A stretch of DNA of 64,000 bases, taken from IMG/VR virus record IMGVR_UViG_2772190661_000001, positions 1 through 64,000 of that record; one strand, given 5' to 3'. The notes beneath the pieces are model-generated. The model was not told the DNA's origin. It did not search any database and worked only from the letters and a program-made list of their open reading frames with translations. This DNA comes from a virus (Duplodnaviria > Caudoviricetes). A program made the position numbers and the translations under genes. Shown piece after piece: positions 52,897-63,174 of this stretch (positions are counted from its first letter, which is position 1; every line of letters starts with the position of its first letter).

Positions 52897-55776
52897 TCAG
52901 AGCGGCAGGTAGGCGGGGTCGGCCACGTCAACCGGCTCCAGAGCGAAGTGCGCGACCGCAGCGGTCCCGTCGACCCCGCGCGCGACCAGCGAGATCGTCT
53001 GCACGCCGGAGACCGGCAGCGCCGCCGACGTCGCCGTGACGAGCTCGTCACCGATCCGCAACTGCATCGGATAGTCGGCCGGGTCCGTCGTCCAGTACGC
53101 GCCCACATTGGAGACGCGGGCGGACATCCCCGACGACGTCATCCCCGACGCCAACTGCGACCCGTCCGTGGCCAGGCGGATGTCGGAGTCGAGAACAGCC
53201 ACATCCCACGGGGAGTAGGTGCTGCAGTTGGCCTTCACCTGCCACGACCGCGGCGCCAGGGTCTCCGAATAGCCGTCCAAGACCTGCGAGATGATCCCCG
53301 GCGTAGCCACGGACGGGGCGTTGATCCGGTCGATGCGGCAGCCGATGTCCGCGGCCAGCCACGCCGAGATCAGGCCAGGGTTCGACGACAGGTCGATCGG
53401 CAGATCGGGGTAGCGGACCTCGTCGATCGTGCCCAGCCGGACGTCCCACGACGCGTGCAGAACGGCCTGGGAGTCCGTGGCCACGTTCGCCTGCCGGCTG
53501 TTCGTGTAGCGGCCGTTCGCGTCGATGTGCGCCTTGTCCTCGTACCGGCCCTCAGACCCGGACGGGCGCGTCACCGTCGCCTCGTTGACCACACCCTCGT
53601 CGTCCCAGACCGGCCGGAGCACATCCGCCTGCTGGCCGCCCTCCACCCGGTACGTGGCCAAGTCGATGACCATCGCCGGGGTCAGGTTGTAGCGGGCACC
53701 GCGCGGCAGATAGGCGAGCGCGAAAGCCTTCTCGTACCTGATCCCGCCGTCGGTCTCGGCCGCATCCTTGAGCAGGTCCATCAGTGCGGCGTCCGCCTGC
53801 GCGCCCATCGGCGTCCCCACGCCGGCGTCCGTCACCGCGGTGATCGCCACCGGCACCCCGGCCTCCGCGCACAGGCGCAGAATCCGGCGGTGCGCGGGCT
53901 CACCCGCCCACGCCTGCCACACGGTGGCTTTCAGGCCGGTCAGCGGGTCCGTCGTCGAGTCCGATCCGATCGGGATGTCCTTGGTGTCCCACACCTGGAC
54001 GTGCCCGGCACCCCACTGCTTGCCGAGGTCGTTGCTCGCGGCGTTGTTGACGACCCCGGCGGGGTTGACCGTGACCTGCCCGATCCGGCCCAGCGTGCCC
54101 ACGATCGTCGACGGCACAAAACCGGCGGTCGACGAGTCGCCCAGCCACAGCCTGACGTTGACGTTGCCGCCGGACTGGACCGCGTCGACCTGGTACTGGG
54201 CCAGGCCGGACGTGCCGAACGTCAGGATCTCGCCGGTCTTCGTCCCGTCGGCCGTGAAATACTCCAAGATCAGGTTGCCGTCGGAGCGGGCCGTGACCAG
54301 CCACCGCGCCCACGAGCCCGTCACGAACCGGATCTCGTACAGCGGAATATCAGCCCCGAACCCCGGGGCGAACACCGCGGCCAACGCACGGACCGCCCAC
54401 TCCACCGGCGACGACGTACCCCGCCGGACCGTGCCCGTCAGCCGCCCACCCGACGACATGTCCGCGATCGGGGCAGTCCCCCACCGGCGCGTCGACGGCA
54501 CCGGCGGCGGAGGCGTATACCCCGCCCAGCCGACCTTGAGACTGCCGCGCTGCATCGGAAAACTCTCGTCGACCGCGCTCGCACCGCGGGTCGCGTCCTG
54601 CCCGTCCTCCAAGGGCCAATAGCCGATCAACGGCTGACCGGACGCCCGATACCGCTCGGCCGCCGCCCGGATCGGCGAATACGCCGCCCGCTGGCCCCGC
54701 TGCAACCTGCGGGAGATCCCGGAGATCCGCACCTTGACCGTCGACCACGTGTACCCGCCCGTGGACGGCAGAAAGCCGGGCTGCCAGTCGTCAGCGAACC
54801 CGGCGAGCCTGGTCGAGTACGGGATGATCGACACGTTGTCCCAGGCAATCGCCGGGAACGTCGTCGACGTGTCCGTGATCCCCGACCGGACCCCGTGCCC
54901 CACACCCACCGCGGTGATCGCCGTATCCGTCGCCGCGACCATCCACCCCGACGGCTCCGGATCCGTACCCGTCCACAACCGCAGACCGAGCTCACCATCA
55001 CCACACCGGCCACGCATGTGCAACGGCATCCCGACCGTATAGATGATCCCGGTCAGCACCTCCGCCAGCACCGCGTCCACGTTCCCGACCCGGCGGATAA
55101 TCTGCGCGATCACCTGCCCCGTCGACGAGATGATCCGCGCCCGCATCTGGTAGTAGTCCACATACGTCGCCGAAATCCGCGACGCGAAACCCGCATGCAC
55201 CGCCCCGTTGTCCGGCAGACCGGACAGCGTCACCGTCCCGAACAGCTCGACCTCGGGAGCCAGCACCTGCAGGTGCGAAATCCGATACCCGCCCGCCGCC
55301 TGGACCCGATGCAGGCCCTGGGTGCCGTTGAGGGCGAAGTCCGTGCTGGTCGTATACGGAACGGTCGCAGCCCAGAACCAGGGCATGCCCGACGACGACG
55401 TCCCCCACCGGATGTCCCCCGCCGGCGGCCGGTCAAAGGTGTCCTCGGCGTCCGCGACGTGCGGGTAGACGCGAAGCCTGGCCGGGACCGCGCGGGTGAT
55501 CGGATACGCGCCGGGCCGCTTTGGGGTCAGCTTTCCGTCGTCGTTGACGAGGGTGACCGTGCCCGACTGTGCCTGCGCCTCCGCGGCGCCCGCGGACCGG
55601 CCGCGCTGGATCGTGATCGGGTCCGCGAGCAGTCGCGGTGTCAGGTCCGTCCACGACCACGTGTGCGGCAGTTGCGTGAGGTCGGCGCCGAACGCGACCT
55701 CCAGGGCGGCATCCAGCTCGGCGTCGGGAAACGGGCTGCCGGTCCTCGACGTGGCCGGCGTGACGAACAGCGGCAT
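52897..55776 (-). CDS. large tail tip/baseplate protein (LamG-like region)
   Basis: WTDLT...ITIQRGR...LVN.DG.LTP; GYWPLEDG; RILRLCAEAG; N..TV.R. Confidence 0.85.
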   Translation of the reverse strand: MPLFVTPATSRTGSPFPDAELDAALEVAFGADLTQLPHTWSWTDLTPRLLADPITIQRGRSAGAAEAQAQSGTVTLVNDDGKLTPKRPGAYPITRAVPARLRVYPHVADAEDTFDRPPAGDIRWGTSSSGMPWFWAATVPYTTSTDFALNGTQGLHRVQAAGGYRISHLQVLAPEVELFGTVTLSGLPDNGAVHAGFASRISATYVDYYQMRARIISSTGQVIAQIIRRVGNVDAVLAEVLTGIIYTVGMPLHMRGRCGDGELGLRLWTGTDPEPSGWMVAATDTAITAVGVGHGVRSGITDTSTTFPAIAWDNVSIIPYSTRLAGFADDWQPGFLPSTGGYTWSTVKVRISGISRRLQRGQRAAYSPIRAAAERYRASGQPLIGYWPLEDGQDATRGASAVDESFPMQRGSLKVGWAGYTPPPPVPSTRRWGTAPIADMSSGGRLTGTVRRGTSSPVEWAVRALAAVFAPGFGADIPLYEIRFVTGSWARWLVTARSDGNLILEYFTADGTKTGEILTFGTSGLAQYQVDAVQSGGNVNVRLWLGDSSTAGFVPSTIVGTLGRIGQVTVNPAGVVNNAASNDLGKQWGAGHVQVWDTKDIPIGSDSTTDPLTGLKATVWQAWAGEPAHRRILRLCAEAGVPVAITAVTDAGVGTPMGAQADAALMDLLKDAAETDGGIRYEKAFALAYLPRGARYNLTPAMVIDLATYRVEGGQQADVLRPVWDDEGVVNEATVTRPSGSEGRYEDKAHIDANGRYTNSRQANVATDSQAVLHASWDVRLGTIDEVRYPDLPIDLSSNPGLISAWLAADIGCRIDRINAPSVATPGIISQVLDGYSETLAPRSWQVKANCSTYSPWDVAVLDSDIRLATDGSQLASGMTSSGMSARVSNVGAYWTTDPADYPMQLRIGDELVTATSAALPVSGVQTISLVARGVDGTAAVAHFALEPVDVADPAYLPL

Positions 55777-55789
55777 CAGCGCACCCCCG

Positions 55790-57559
55790 TCACGTGGCCG
55801 TGAAGATCTGGTAGCGGGAGACGCGCCAGCGCTGGTTCGCCCCGTGGTAGACGGCGGTGATCTCCGCTGTGGACCCGGACGCGATCGCGGACACCGTCAC
55901 CGTCGGCGTACCGGACGCGAGCACGAACCCGCCCGTACCGGTCGCGAGCGTCGGCGTGCGCGCGCCGCCCGACGCGGTCAGGCGCCACGTGCACTCCTGA
56001 CCATCACTGGCGTTCGTCGGCACACCGAGCGTGCGGTTACCGGCCATCGCCGCCACCGCGAAGTACGAGCCGAGGCTAGCGTCGGTGGCGATCGCCGCCG
56101 CGTCCGTGAGCGCGATCGTCGGCGCCTGCATTTTCACGCCGGGGCCGACCTTGAGCGCGGCCGCGACCGTACCCGGCCCGGCGTACGTGCAGTCGCGGAC
56201 GACCGCGAAGTCGGCGACGTCGGCATTGACGGTGCTGCCGGTGTCGGCGTAGATGCTGATCGGCCCGGCCACGTTCGGCTTCGCGCTGTACGTGTTGTCG
56301 TCGTCGATGAGCAGCACCGTCGCCGACGGCTCCACATACGCGAGTCCGCAGCGGACCCGAGAGCCGTAGCCGTCCAGGTCGGCGAGCACGGACCCGTTCT
56401 TCAGCGTGACGTGGACGAAGTCGATGTCAATGTCGTAGGCGGCCGAGGCGATCGCGGCCGCGGTCCCGAACTGCTCCACATTGCAGTTGACCAGCCGGAT
56501 GTGGGCGGTCGCGCCGATGAACCGCCATGCGATCATGCCCGTTGTGGCCGGGTTCGCAATGCTATGGCATGTAAGAAACAAATTCTGATTCTGCTGGCCC
56601 GCATTGCTCTCCAGCGAATACGCGGCCCCGCCCGCCGCACCCGTATACAGGTCGACGAAGCACCGGCTGACGGTCATGTCGCCCGGGTTGAAGTCCGCGT
56701 GCGACGAGGAGAACCGCATCCCGTTCGTGGTGCCGTTGACCTCGATGTCGGAGATCGTGGCCCGGAACATGTTGTCGAGGTCCAACGCCCAGCCGCTGTC
56801 GGTGCCCGCGAACGAGCCGAGCACCTGGATCCGATGGATCGTCGACATCCACGCCGACCGGTGGCCGGCCGCGGGCGTCGCGGTCGCGACCGCCTGGATG
56901 CCGTCGGACGTACCGCCGATCGTCAAGCCCAGATCCCAGACGTGCGCCCTCACGCACTTCGTCAGCCGGACGCCGCAGTTGACGCCGCCAGCCACGTTCA
57001 GGGTCGTGTTCTTCGGGCCCGCGCCGCGCAGGTACAGATCCTGCTCGACGTCCACGTCATCGAAACCCTCGACGAGGATCGGCGCCGCCAGGTTGTAGAC
57101 GCCCGCGGTCAGCAACACCGTCCCGCCCGCCCCGGCCCGGAGCGCGGCCAGCGCAGCATTGATCTCGACGTCGTCCGCGGTCCCGTCACAGTTGTAGGCG
57201 CCGACGATCCCGGACCCGTTCGCCGACACCACCAAGGTGTTCGGCAGCGACGCCCCGCCCGCGCCGCCCGACGTGCCCCGAATCCGGTAGCGGACGCCCG
57301 AGTTCGGATCCTGGACCCAGATGTCCGCCGTGAAGCCGTCAGGGCCATAGAACAGGACCCGCCCGTTCACATCCGCGGTCACCACCGCAGAAGCCGCACC
57401 GACCGCTGTCTGCAGGTCCGTCAGCGCCGACCCGCCCGTCAACGCCGACCAGGCCGTCAGAATCATGCCCGGTGCGATCGCCGGCACCTGATACCCGCCG
57501 ACCGACTGCGCGGTCGCCACGTAGTCGGCGGGCGCGCCACCGTAGAGCGTCCGGGCCAT
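55790..57559 (-). CDS. tail spike/fibre with parallel beta-helix (depolymerase-like)
   Basis: CDGTADDVEINAAL...GGTVLL.AG.YN...LRGAG. Confidence 0.8.
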   Translation of the reverse strand: MARTLYGGAPADYVATAQSVGGYQVPAIAPGMILTAWSALTGGSALTDLQTAVGAASAVVTADVNGRVLFYGPDGFTADIWVQDPNSGVRYRIRGTSGGAGGASLPNTLVVSANGSGIVGAYNCDGTADDVEINAALAALRAGAGGTVLLTAGVYNLAAPILVEGFDDVDVEQDLYLRGAGPKNTTLNVAGGVNCGVRLTKCVRAHVWDLGLTIGGTSDGIQAVATATPAAGHRSAWMSTIHRIQVLGSFAGTDSGWALDLDNMFRATISDIEVNGTTNGMRFSSSHADFNPGDMTVSRCFVDLYTGAAGGAAYSLESNAGQQNQNLFLTCHSIANPATTGMIAWRFIGATAHIRLVNCNVEQFGTAAAIASAAYDIDIDFVHVTLKNGSVLADLDGYGSRVRCGLAYVEPSATVLLIDDDNTYSAKPNVAGPISIYADTGSTVNADVADFAVVRDCTYAGPGTVAAALKVGPGVKMQAPTIALTDAAAIATDASLGSYFAVAAMAGNRTLGVPTNASDGQECTWRLTASGGARTPTLATGTGGFVLASGTPTVTVSAIASGSTAEITAVYHGANQRWRVSRYQIFTAT

Positions 57560-57562
57560 CGG

Positions 57563-60500
57563 CTACCTCCGTCGTCCGTCGCCGAGCGCGACCTGCGCGT
57601 CTCCGCCATAGCGGATCGCGACCATGCCCCGGATCGCGTCTAGGATCTGGTCGCCCGTCGCATTCCGGGCCCACGCCAGCTCCGGGCTCGGCGGCGCCTG
57701 CAGGGTCATGCCGGCCGAGAACGCGGCCTCGGCCTGGGCGTAGATGCCGTGCGGGTCGGCGACAATCGACGACGCGATGTCGTCCGAGATGCCGCCCAGT
57801 TCCGAGCCGAGCAGCCCACGCCGCGAGGCGATGCCCTCGATCAGGCCGTCCATGATGGCCGCGCCCTCGGGGATGAGGAGCTTGCGGTCTTTCTCGATCG
57901 GACCCTTGTTGTTCTTGATGAAGGTGGCGACGCCGCCGAGGTAGCCGCCCAGCGTGGAGAGCATCGAGCCGATACCCGAAATCAGGCCCGACACGATCGC
58001 ACGCCCGGCGCTGTAGAGCAGGTTCCCGGTTGCTCCGAGCCCGTTCGCGACGCGGGTGCGCAGCCCGGACGCGGTCGACTGCAGCGATCCGGCCAGGCCG
58101 GAGATCCCGGATTGGAGCCCGGAGACGAAGTCCCGGCCCTTCTGCACCAGCGTGCTGCCGGCGTTCCCGACCGCGTCCCGGACCTTCCCCGGGATCTCGC
58201 GGGCCTTCGACGACAGCGACCCGAACAGGGACCCGATCCCGTTGATCAGGCCCTGGATGAGGTCCTTGCCGATCTGCATGAACACGGTCGACGGCGAGGC
58301 GATCCCGAGCCCGGACTTGACCTTGCCGACCAGGCTGTTCGGGCCCGACCACAGCAGGCTCGCCGCCGCCGACGCCAGCAGCGACCCGAGGGCTTTCGCG
58401 CCCTCCACGACACCCTCGACGATCGCCCCGCCGACCGACTTGGTCCTCTCCTTGACCGTCGTGCCGATCCCGGACCAGTCGATCTCGCCGATCCACTTGC
58501 CGATGTTGTAGAGCAACTCGTACTGGCCGAGGAAGGTGGCGTCGTCGCCGGGATCAAGGGAGCTGAAGAAGTTCGAGATCGACTCGGCCTTGCCGACCAG
58601 GTCGCCGACCGACTTCGCAAACTCTTTGAAGTCCTCGATGTAGCCGCGGATCCGCTCCTGCGTCTCCGGATCCTTTAGAGACGTCGCCAAGTCGTCCATG
58701 AACGCCTTGAACTGCTTGAAGGGCGACTCCTCGTCCTTCTGCTCCGACCCGGTCAGGATCTCAAAGAACGAGCCGACGATCGAACCGGCATCCTTAGCGA
58801 TGTCCTTCAAATCGTTGAAGTAGCCGGTCGCGTCCTGGAAGAACTGCTCCAGGCGGCCGTCCTCCGCCATCGAGTTGATTTTGTCGGAGAACTTCTGCAG
58901 CCCGTTCGCGATCGACGACCCGACCGCGTCCAGGAACGGCTTCGCCTCCGCCGCCAGCGACGCGAACGCCTCCACCAGCGGGCCGGTGACAACCTTGCCG
59001 ATCTTCTCGAAGTTCGACCGGATCGTCTCCGCGCCAGTGATCAGATCGTCGATGACCTGTGGCTTCTGCAACGTCTGGCTGAGGTTCTTGAACAGGCCGT
59101 TGAACGTGTCCGCGTACGAGCCGAGAGACTCCTCCAGCCGCGGCAGCCACGCATTCGCCAGATTCGTGATCTCCACGCCGAGGCCGGCGAACAACCGGTT
59201 CTGCACACCCAGGCGCAGCTCCTCGAACGCCGGCCCCAACGCCTTGATCGCATCGACGAACTTCTGCGCCTCAGGCGCCAGCTTGATCGTGTCGTCCAGG
59301 CCGCCGCCGCCACCCCCGCCACCGGCGGACGCGGCACGCTCCCTCGCCTGCGCCAGCGCATCCTGCGCCGAGATCAGCGAGTCATACGACGCCTTGACGC
59401 CATCGTTCGCGCTGGCCAGCCTGTCCTGGGCGTCGATGATCCCGTTCGCGGCATCCTCGACGGCCTTACGCGCGTCGGACTGCTCCTTCAGCGCGGCAAC
59501 AACCTCTTCGGAGCCCTCGATGCCCTTGCGGTTCGCCTCCCCGGACTCCTCGCCCAGATCCTCGACCGCATCCTTGGCGTTCTCGACCGCGAGCTTCGCC
59601 CGCTCGTAGCGGGACTCCGCCTCCTCGATCAGCTCCGGGTTGAACGTCGTCTTGGCCGCCGCCAGGTCCCGCTGCGCGTTCCGTAGCTCCCGCTCCGCGT
59701 CGCTCTGGTCCAGAACCGCGCCGCGTAGCGAGCGGCCCAAATCCTCGAACCGCTCCTGCGCCTGCTTCCGCGCCCGATCGACGATCCCCTGCAGGCGCGC
59801 CTCGGCGGCCAGCGCGTCCGTGTACGAACGGTTCGCCTCGGCCAGGCCGCGCTGCGCCTGCTGCAAACCACGCGACGCCGCCGCGATCCCGCGACGGGCC
59901 GCCTCCACCCCGCGCTCAGCCGCGGCGACACGGCGAGCACGGTCCTCGGCGGACTCGCCACCACCGCCACCCGAACCGCCGCCGCCGACCTTCTTTTTGA
60001 ACGCGTCGCCGATGCCCGAGAAGCCGAGCTTCAGCGTTGCGAAACCCGCGCCGATACCGGCAATCAGGCCCGGCAGCGACGCCAGCACGCCCGCGAGCGT
60101 GTAGACCAGCGGCACCGCGGCGCTAGCCGCGAAACCGATCCCGGCGACGATCCCGGCCGCGATCGCCGCCACACCAGCAGCCGACCCGACAGCGCCCAGC
60201 GACCTGGCCACCCCGCCGACGCTGCCAACCACATCCGACGCCACCCCAGCCAGCTGCGAGAGAGCAGCCGAGATCGCGCTCGTCTTTGGCGGGTCGACCT
60301 CGACCTTCGCCTTCACCCGCGCCGACGCTGCCGCGACCAGCGCCCGCAGCTTCAACTCGAACTCCCGGCGGCCCTCAGGGTCGACCGGGATCTTCGCCTT
60401 CAACTGCTGCTGAATCGCGCCCAGCTCGGCCCCGAGCTCCTGCCGGAAACCGGCCGTGTCCGCGTTGACCGGCACCTTCGCGTTCACGGTCTTCGCCAGC

Positions 60501-60901
60501 CCGGCCACCTGCACGCCCAGCTCACGCCGAAACGCGTCGAAGACCGGGTCGACGACGACCGGGACCGTGACCGGTTCCGGCTTCGGAACCTTCGGCAGCT
60601 TCTCCGGCTTCGGCTCCGAAGACCTCGGCGCCCGAGGCGCCCGCGGGGCAGGCTGGCCGCCGGACGGTTCGGCCGGCACCTTCATCCGGGCCTTGCCGAG
60701 CTGCTCCTTGAGCCTGCTCGTGTCGAGCACCGGCGTGACGGTGACCGTCAGCTTCTCGCCGTTGATCGCCTTCTGCAGGACCGACTTGAAATCGACGCCC
60801 TTGAACGCACCCTCGATCTCGCGCTTCAGGGACTTCGCGAGCTTCCGGGTGTCCGCGACGACCTCGACGCTGACTTGCCCCACGGAAATCGGAGCGGTCA
60901 C
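57563..60901 (-). CDS. tape measure protein
   Basis: 1112 aa Ala/Gly-rich helical; GIASPS.VF..IG..LIQGL; follows tail chaperones. Confidence 0.9.
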   Translation of the reverse strand: MTAPISVGQVSVEVVADTRKLAKSLKREIEGAFKGVDFKSVLQKAINGEKLTVTVTPVLDTSRLKEQLGKARMKVPAEPSGGQPAPRAPRAPRSSEPKPEKLPKVPKPEPVTVPVVVDPVFDAFRRELGVQVAGLAKTVNAKVPVNADTAGFRQELGAELGAIQQQLKAKIPVDPEGRREFELKLRALVAAASARVKAKVEVDPPKTSAISAALSQLAGVASDVVGSVGGVARSLGAVGSAAGVAAIAAGIVAGIGFAASAAVPLVYTLAGVLASLPGLIAGIGAGFATLKLGFSGIGDAFKKKVGGGGSGGGGGESAEDRARRVAAAERGVEAARRGIAAASRGLQQAQRGLAEANRSYTDALAAEARLQGIVDRARKQAQERFEDLGRSLRGAVLDQSDAERELRNAQRDLAAAKTTFNPELIEEAESRYERAKLAVENAKDAVEDLGEESGEANRKGIEGSEEVVAALKEQSDARKAVEDAANGIIDAQDRLASANDGVKASYDSLISAQDALAQARERAASAGGGGGGGGLDDTIKLAPEAQKFVDAIKALGPAFEELRLGVQNRLFAGLGVEITNLANAWLPRLEESLGSYADTFNGLFKNLSQTLQKPQVIDDLITGAETIRSNFEKIGKVVTGPLVEAFASLAAEAKPFLDAVGSSIANGLQKFSDKINSMAEDGRLEQFFQDATGYFNDLKDIAKDAGSIVGSFFEILTGSEQKDEESPFKQFKAFMDDLATSLKDPETQERIRGYIEDFKEFAKSVGDLVGKAESISNFFSSLDPGDDATFLGQYELLYNIGKWIGEIDWSGIGTTVKERTKSVGGAIVEGVVEGAKALGSLLASAAASLLWSGPNSLVGKVKSGLGIASPSTVFMQIGKDLIQGLINGIGSLFGSLSSKAREIPGKVRDAVGNAGSTLVQKGRDFVSGLQSGISGLAGSLQSTASGLRTRVANGLGATGNLLYSAGRAIVSGLISGIGSMLSTLGGYLGGVATFIKNNKGPIEKDRKLLIPEGAAIMDGLIEGIASRRGLLGSELGGISDDIASSIVADPHGIYAQAEAAFSAGMTLQAPPSPELAWARNATGDQILDAIRGMVAIRYGGDAQVALGDGRRR

Positions 60902-60923
60902 GGGGATTCACCCCGATCCCGTC

Positions 60924-61325
60924 TCACGCTGCAGGGATCAGGCCCAGATTCCGCATCCGGCGCGCGAGGTCTTCACCGCGCTGCGCCGCCGACTTCTTCG
61001 GCTTCCCGTCTGGGATTTCGATCGGCTTCGGCCTGCGGCCCTTGCCGCCGCCGCGCTGCCAGTTCCCCGCGTTCACCGCGTGCAGGATGTTCCGCAGCAG
61101 GATCTCCGCCAGGCCCCACTCCGCGCGCTCGCCGAGCAGCTTCCGGTGTAGGGCCGACTCGCGCGGCAGCCCGCGGATCAGAACGATCAGCTCCCGGGAG
61201 CTGCGGCGGTCCCGGCCCTCGCTGAAGAGCGCTGCCGAGAGCCGGACTTGGTAGAACCGCGCGAGGTCTGCTTCGATGGCCTCCCCGTGCTCGTCGAGGA
61301 GTCGGAGGAGGCCTCCGATTCCCCC
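60924..61325 (-). CDS. tail assembly chaperone, -1 frameshift extension (gpGT-like)
   Basis: GEAIEADL.RFY...R.L.VLIR.LP.ESAL in the -1 frame after the slippery site. Confidence 0.8.
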   Translation of the reverse strand, partial: GGIGGLLRLLDEHGEAIEADLARFYQVRLSAALFSEGRDRRSSRELIVLIRGLPRESALHRKLLGERAEWGLAEILLRNILHAVNAGNWQRGGGKGRRPKPIEIPDGKPKKSAAQRGEDLARRMRNLGLIPAA

Positions 61326-61627
61326 GGCTGCACGCCGTCCCATTCCTGCCAGGCGTGGAACAACTCCTTGATCGCAGACGTAGGCTTCGGCGCCTCGGCC
61401 CACGCCTCGTCCTGACCGGCCAGCTCGAATGCGATCTCGAACGCCTGCCGGAGCGCGGTGACGTCCTCCGCCTCGCACGCCTCCAGCACCCGCAGGTCGA
61501 TGTCCTGGATGTACGGCAGCGTCCAGTCGCGGTCCTTGCCGTCGCCGCCGGGCCAGACGAACTCGAACGGCTCCTTTTTGATCTCGGCGTACCTGGCCGT
61601 CAGGTTGAACTTCACGCGCTCAGCCAC
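61187..61627 (-). CDS. tail assembly chaperone (gpG-like)
   Basis: PFEF...W.LP...LF.AW...G..PGES.ASS. Confidence 0.8.
   Translation of the reverse strand: MAERVKFNLTARYAEIKKEPFEFVWPGGDGKDRDWTLPYIQDIDLRVLEACEAEDVTALRQAFEIAFELAGQDEAWAEAPKPTSAIKELFHAWQEWDGVQPGESEASSDSSTSTGRPSKQTSRGSTKSGSRQRSSARAGTAAAPGS
61319..61325 (-). other. programmed -1 frameshift site GGGGGAA
   Basis: CCG GGG GAA TCG near the end of the chaperone ORF, followed by Ser/Thr-rich tail. Confidence 0.75.
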
Positions 61628-62075
61628 GGCCGACCGCCTCGTCCACCGCGGCGCCGATCGGGTCCGCGGCCGGCGGCGTCCAGCCCGGGATCTCCTCGCG
61701 CGGATCCGGGCCCTCGCCAGCGCCCCACACAGACCGCGGCCGCTTCTCCGGCTTCGGCAGCAGACCCATCGCGTCGAGCTTCTCGACGACCTCGGGCCGC
61801 ACACCCGCCGCCTCGTTCACAGCAGCCTGGACCTCGCGGCGAATCATCGCCACGATCTCGGCCATCGCATCCTCGGGGACGTCGACCTCGGGGTCCGGGT
61901 CAACGTCGACCTCGTGCTCGGTGGCGATCAGCGCCCGGGCGCCGCAGCCGCGGGCGAACTTGTCCCAGTCGCTGCCGGCGAACACGGCCGGGGCGCAGCG
62001 GTCGAGGACGAGCGCGAACGGCGAGCCGTCGTCGGACTCACCGCGCGGCAGGTACAGAAAGCGGAGTCGTGCCAT
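61620..62075 (-). CDS. hypothetical protein between major tail and chaperone genes
   Basis: MARLRFLYLP...PFALVLD...GAR.L; AAGGAG RBS. Confidence 0.7.
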   Translation of the reverse strand: MARLRFLYLPRGESDDGSPFALVLDRCAPAVFAGSDWDKFARGCGARALIATEHEVDVDPDPEVDVPEDAMAEIVAMIRREVQAAVNEAAGVRPEVVEKLDAMGLLPKPEKRPRSVWGAGEGPDPREEIPGWTPPAADPIGAAVDEAVGRG

Positions 62076-62119
62076 GTGCGGGTTCTCCTTGCGGGATGTG
62101 CGGGTCGGATGGTTCGAGA

Positions 62120-62153
62120 CGCTGGCGGCCAACCCGCACGGTGGCCGCCAGCG
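62120..62153 (-). terminator. hairpin after major tail gene
   Basis: CGCTGGCGGCCA / TGGCCGCCAGCG. Confidence 0.6.
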
Positions 62154-62164
62154 CCGGTCTGGGG

Positions 62165-62719
62165 TTAGAGCGCGAGGTCGTCGTCGAGGTAGTAGCGGTA
62201 GACCCAGAAGCCATTGACGTCCATGTATGCGGACAGCTCCCACTCATACACGGTGATACCGCCGGCCGACCACAGGACGTCACCCCTGTTCGTAACCTCA
62301 CCGCTCGGCACCACGAGCCGCAGCGCGCGGTTACCGTCGATGCCGTGCAGGACCCACGGCCGCACGTCGGTGCCCGGCGGGCGCTCGGCGACCGACACGC
62401 CCTCGGACGTCTGCGTGATGACCGACCCGGAGTACTGAATGCCCAGGGTGGTCAGGTTCGTCTCAGCAGCAGCAAAAGTGAAGACTTTCGATGCCTGGCC
62501 GGGGATGCGGCGGGCCAGCGCGTTCTTCTGCCACACAAATACATCGGTTCGGTCCTGAGAAGTCGCCTCGGAGATGCCGTCCTCCGAGATCGCGCCCACC
62601 GGGTTCGCGCCCGACGGTAGCGGCGACGACGCGTTGGTCGGGAGCGTGAAGCTGCCGCCCTCGACGGAGGTGGCCACAAGGCCATCCGTGTAGGCCCTGA
62701 TCAGGCTGACGTCGACCAT
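62165..62719 (-). CDS. major tail tube protein
   Basis: G.ISEDG........D...WQ...F...ETN...VP.GEVT.RGD; position before chaperones. Confidence 0.85.
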   Translation of the reverse strand: MVDVSLIRAYTDGLVATSVEGGSFTLPTNASSPLPSGANPVGAISEDGISEATSQDRTDVFVWQKNALARRIPGQASKVFTFAAAETNLTTLGIQYSGSVITQTSEGVSVAERPPGTDVRPWVLHGIDGNRALRLVVPSGEVTNRGDVLWSAGGITVYEWELSAYMDVNGFWVYRYYLDDDLAL

Positions 62720-62792
62720 GGGTCACTCCTTGAGCATGGTGATGGACCCGACGGCCGCGCCGGGCAAGAAAGGACGAAGAGGTGCTTCGCGG

Positions 62793-63122
62793 TCAGGCGG
62801 TCCGGAAGGCCTGGAGCTTCACGTCCGCGTGGTCGACGCCGACCTCCAGCGAAGCGCCGTAGCGGGTCGTGTCGAACGGTCCGACGTAGCGGGTCCCGGA
62901 TGCCGGCACGGACACGCTTCGGGCCGTGATGGGCTGGCCGTCGACCGAACCCTTGAGGTTGATCGTCATGGTCCGGGGTGTCACGCCGTTGTTGCGTGCG
63001 ACGATGAACGTCGATCCACTGTTGGCGACGGAATGCGCATTCACGGGATCGCCGTTGACCTCGGTGGCAGGCGCTACGCCCGCCTTGGTGATCACGGTGA
63101 CGGGTACGGCAACGCGCGCCAT
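62793..63122 (-). CDS. small virion structural/decoration-like protein
   Basis: beta-rich, GD..N.H..N.G...VDG...R.V.VPA....GPF; GGAGG RBS. Confidence 0.7.
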   Translation of the reverse strand: MARVAVPVTVITKAGVAPATEVNGDPVNAHSVANSGSTFIVARNNGVTPRTMTINLKGSVDGQPITARSVSVPASGTRYVGPFDTTRYGASLEVGVDHADVKLQAFRTA

Positions 63123-63174
63123 GGCTACCTCCGGGCATGGTGAAGTGGCCGAGCCCCGAGGCGGGTCGGCTGGA

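Noticed and set aside
52696-55803. 1035-aa plus-strand ORF (also 55496-57643)
   Set aside because: Antisense shadows of tail genes; Arg/Pro-rich composition typical of non-coding frames.
52341-57559. Diversity-generating retroelement or invertible tail-fibre switch
   Set aside because: No reverse transcriptase, invertase or template/variable repeat pair seen.
62105-62155. tRNA suggested by GGTTCGAG
   Set aside because: No cloverleaf; it is a simple hairpin after the major tail gene.
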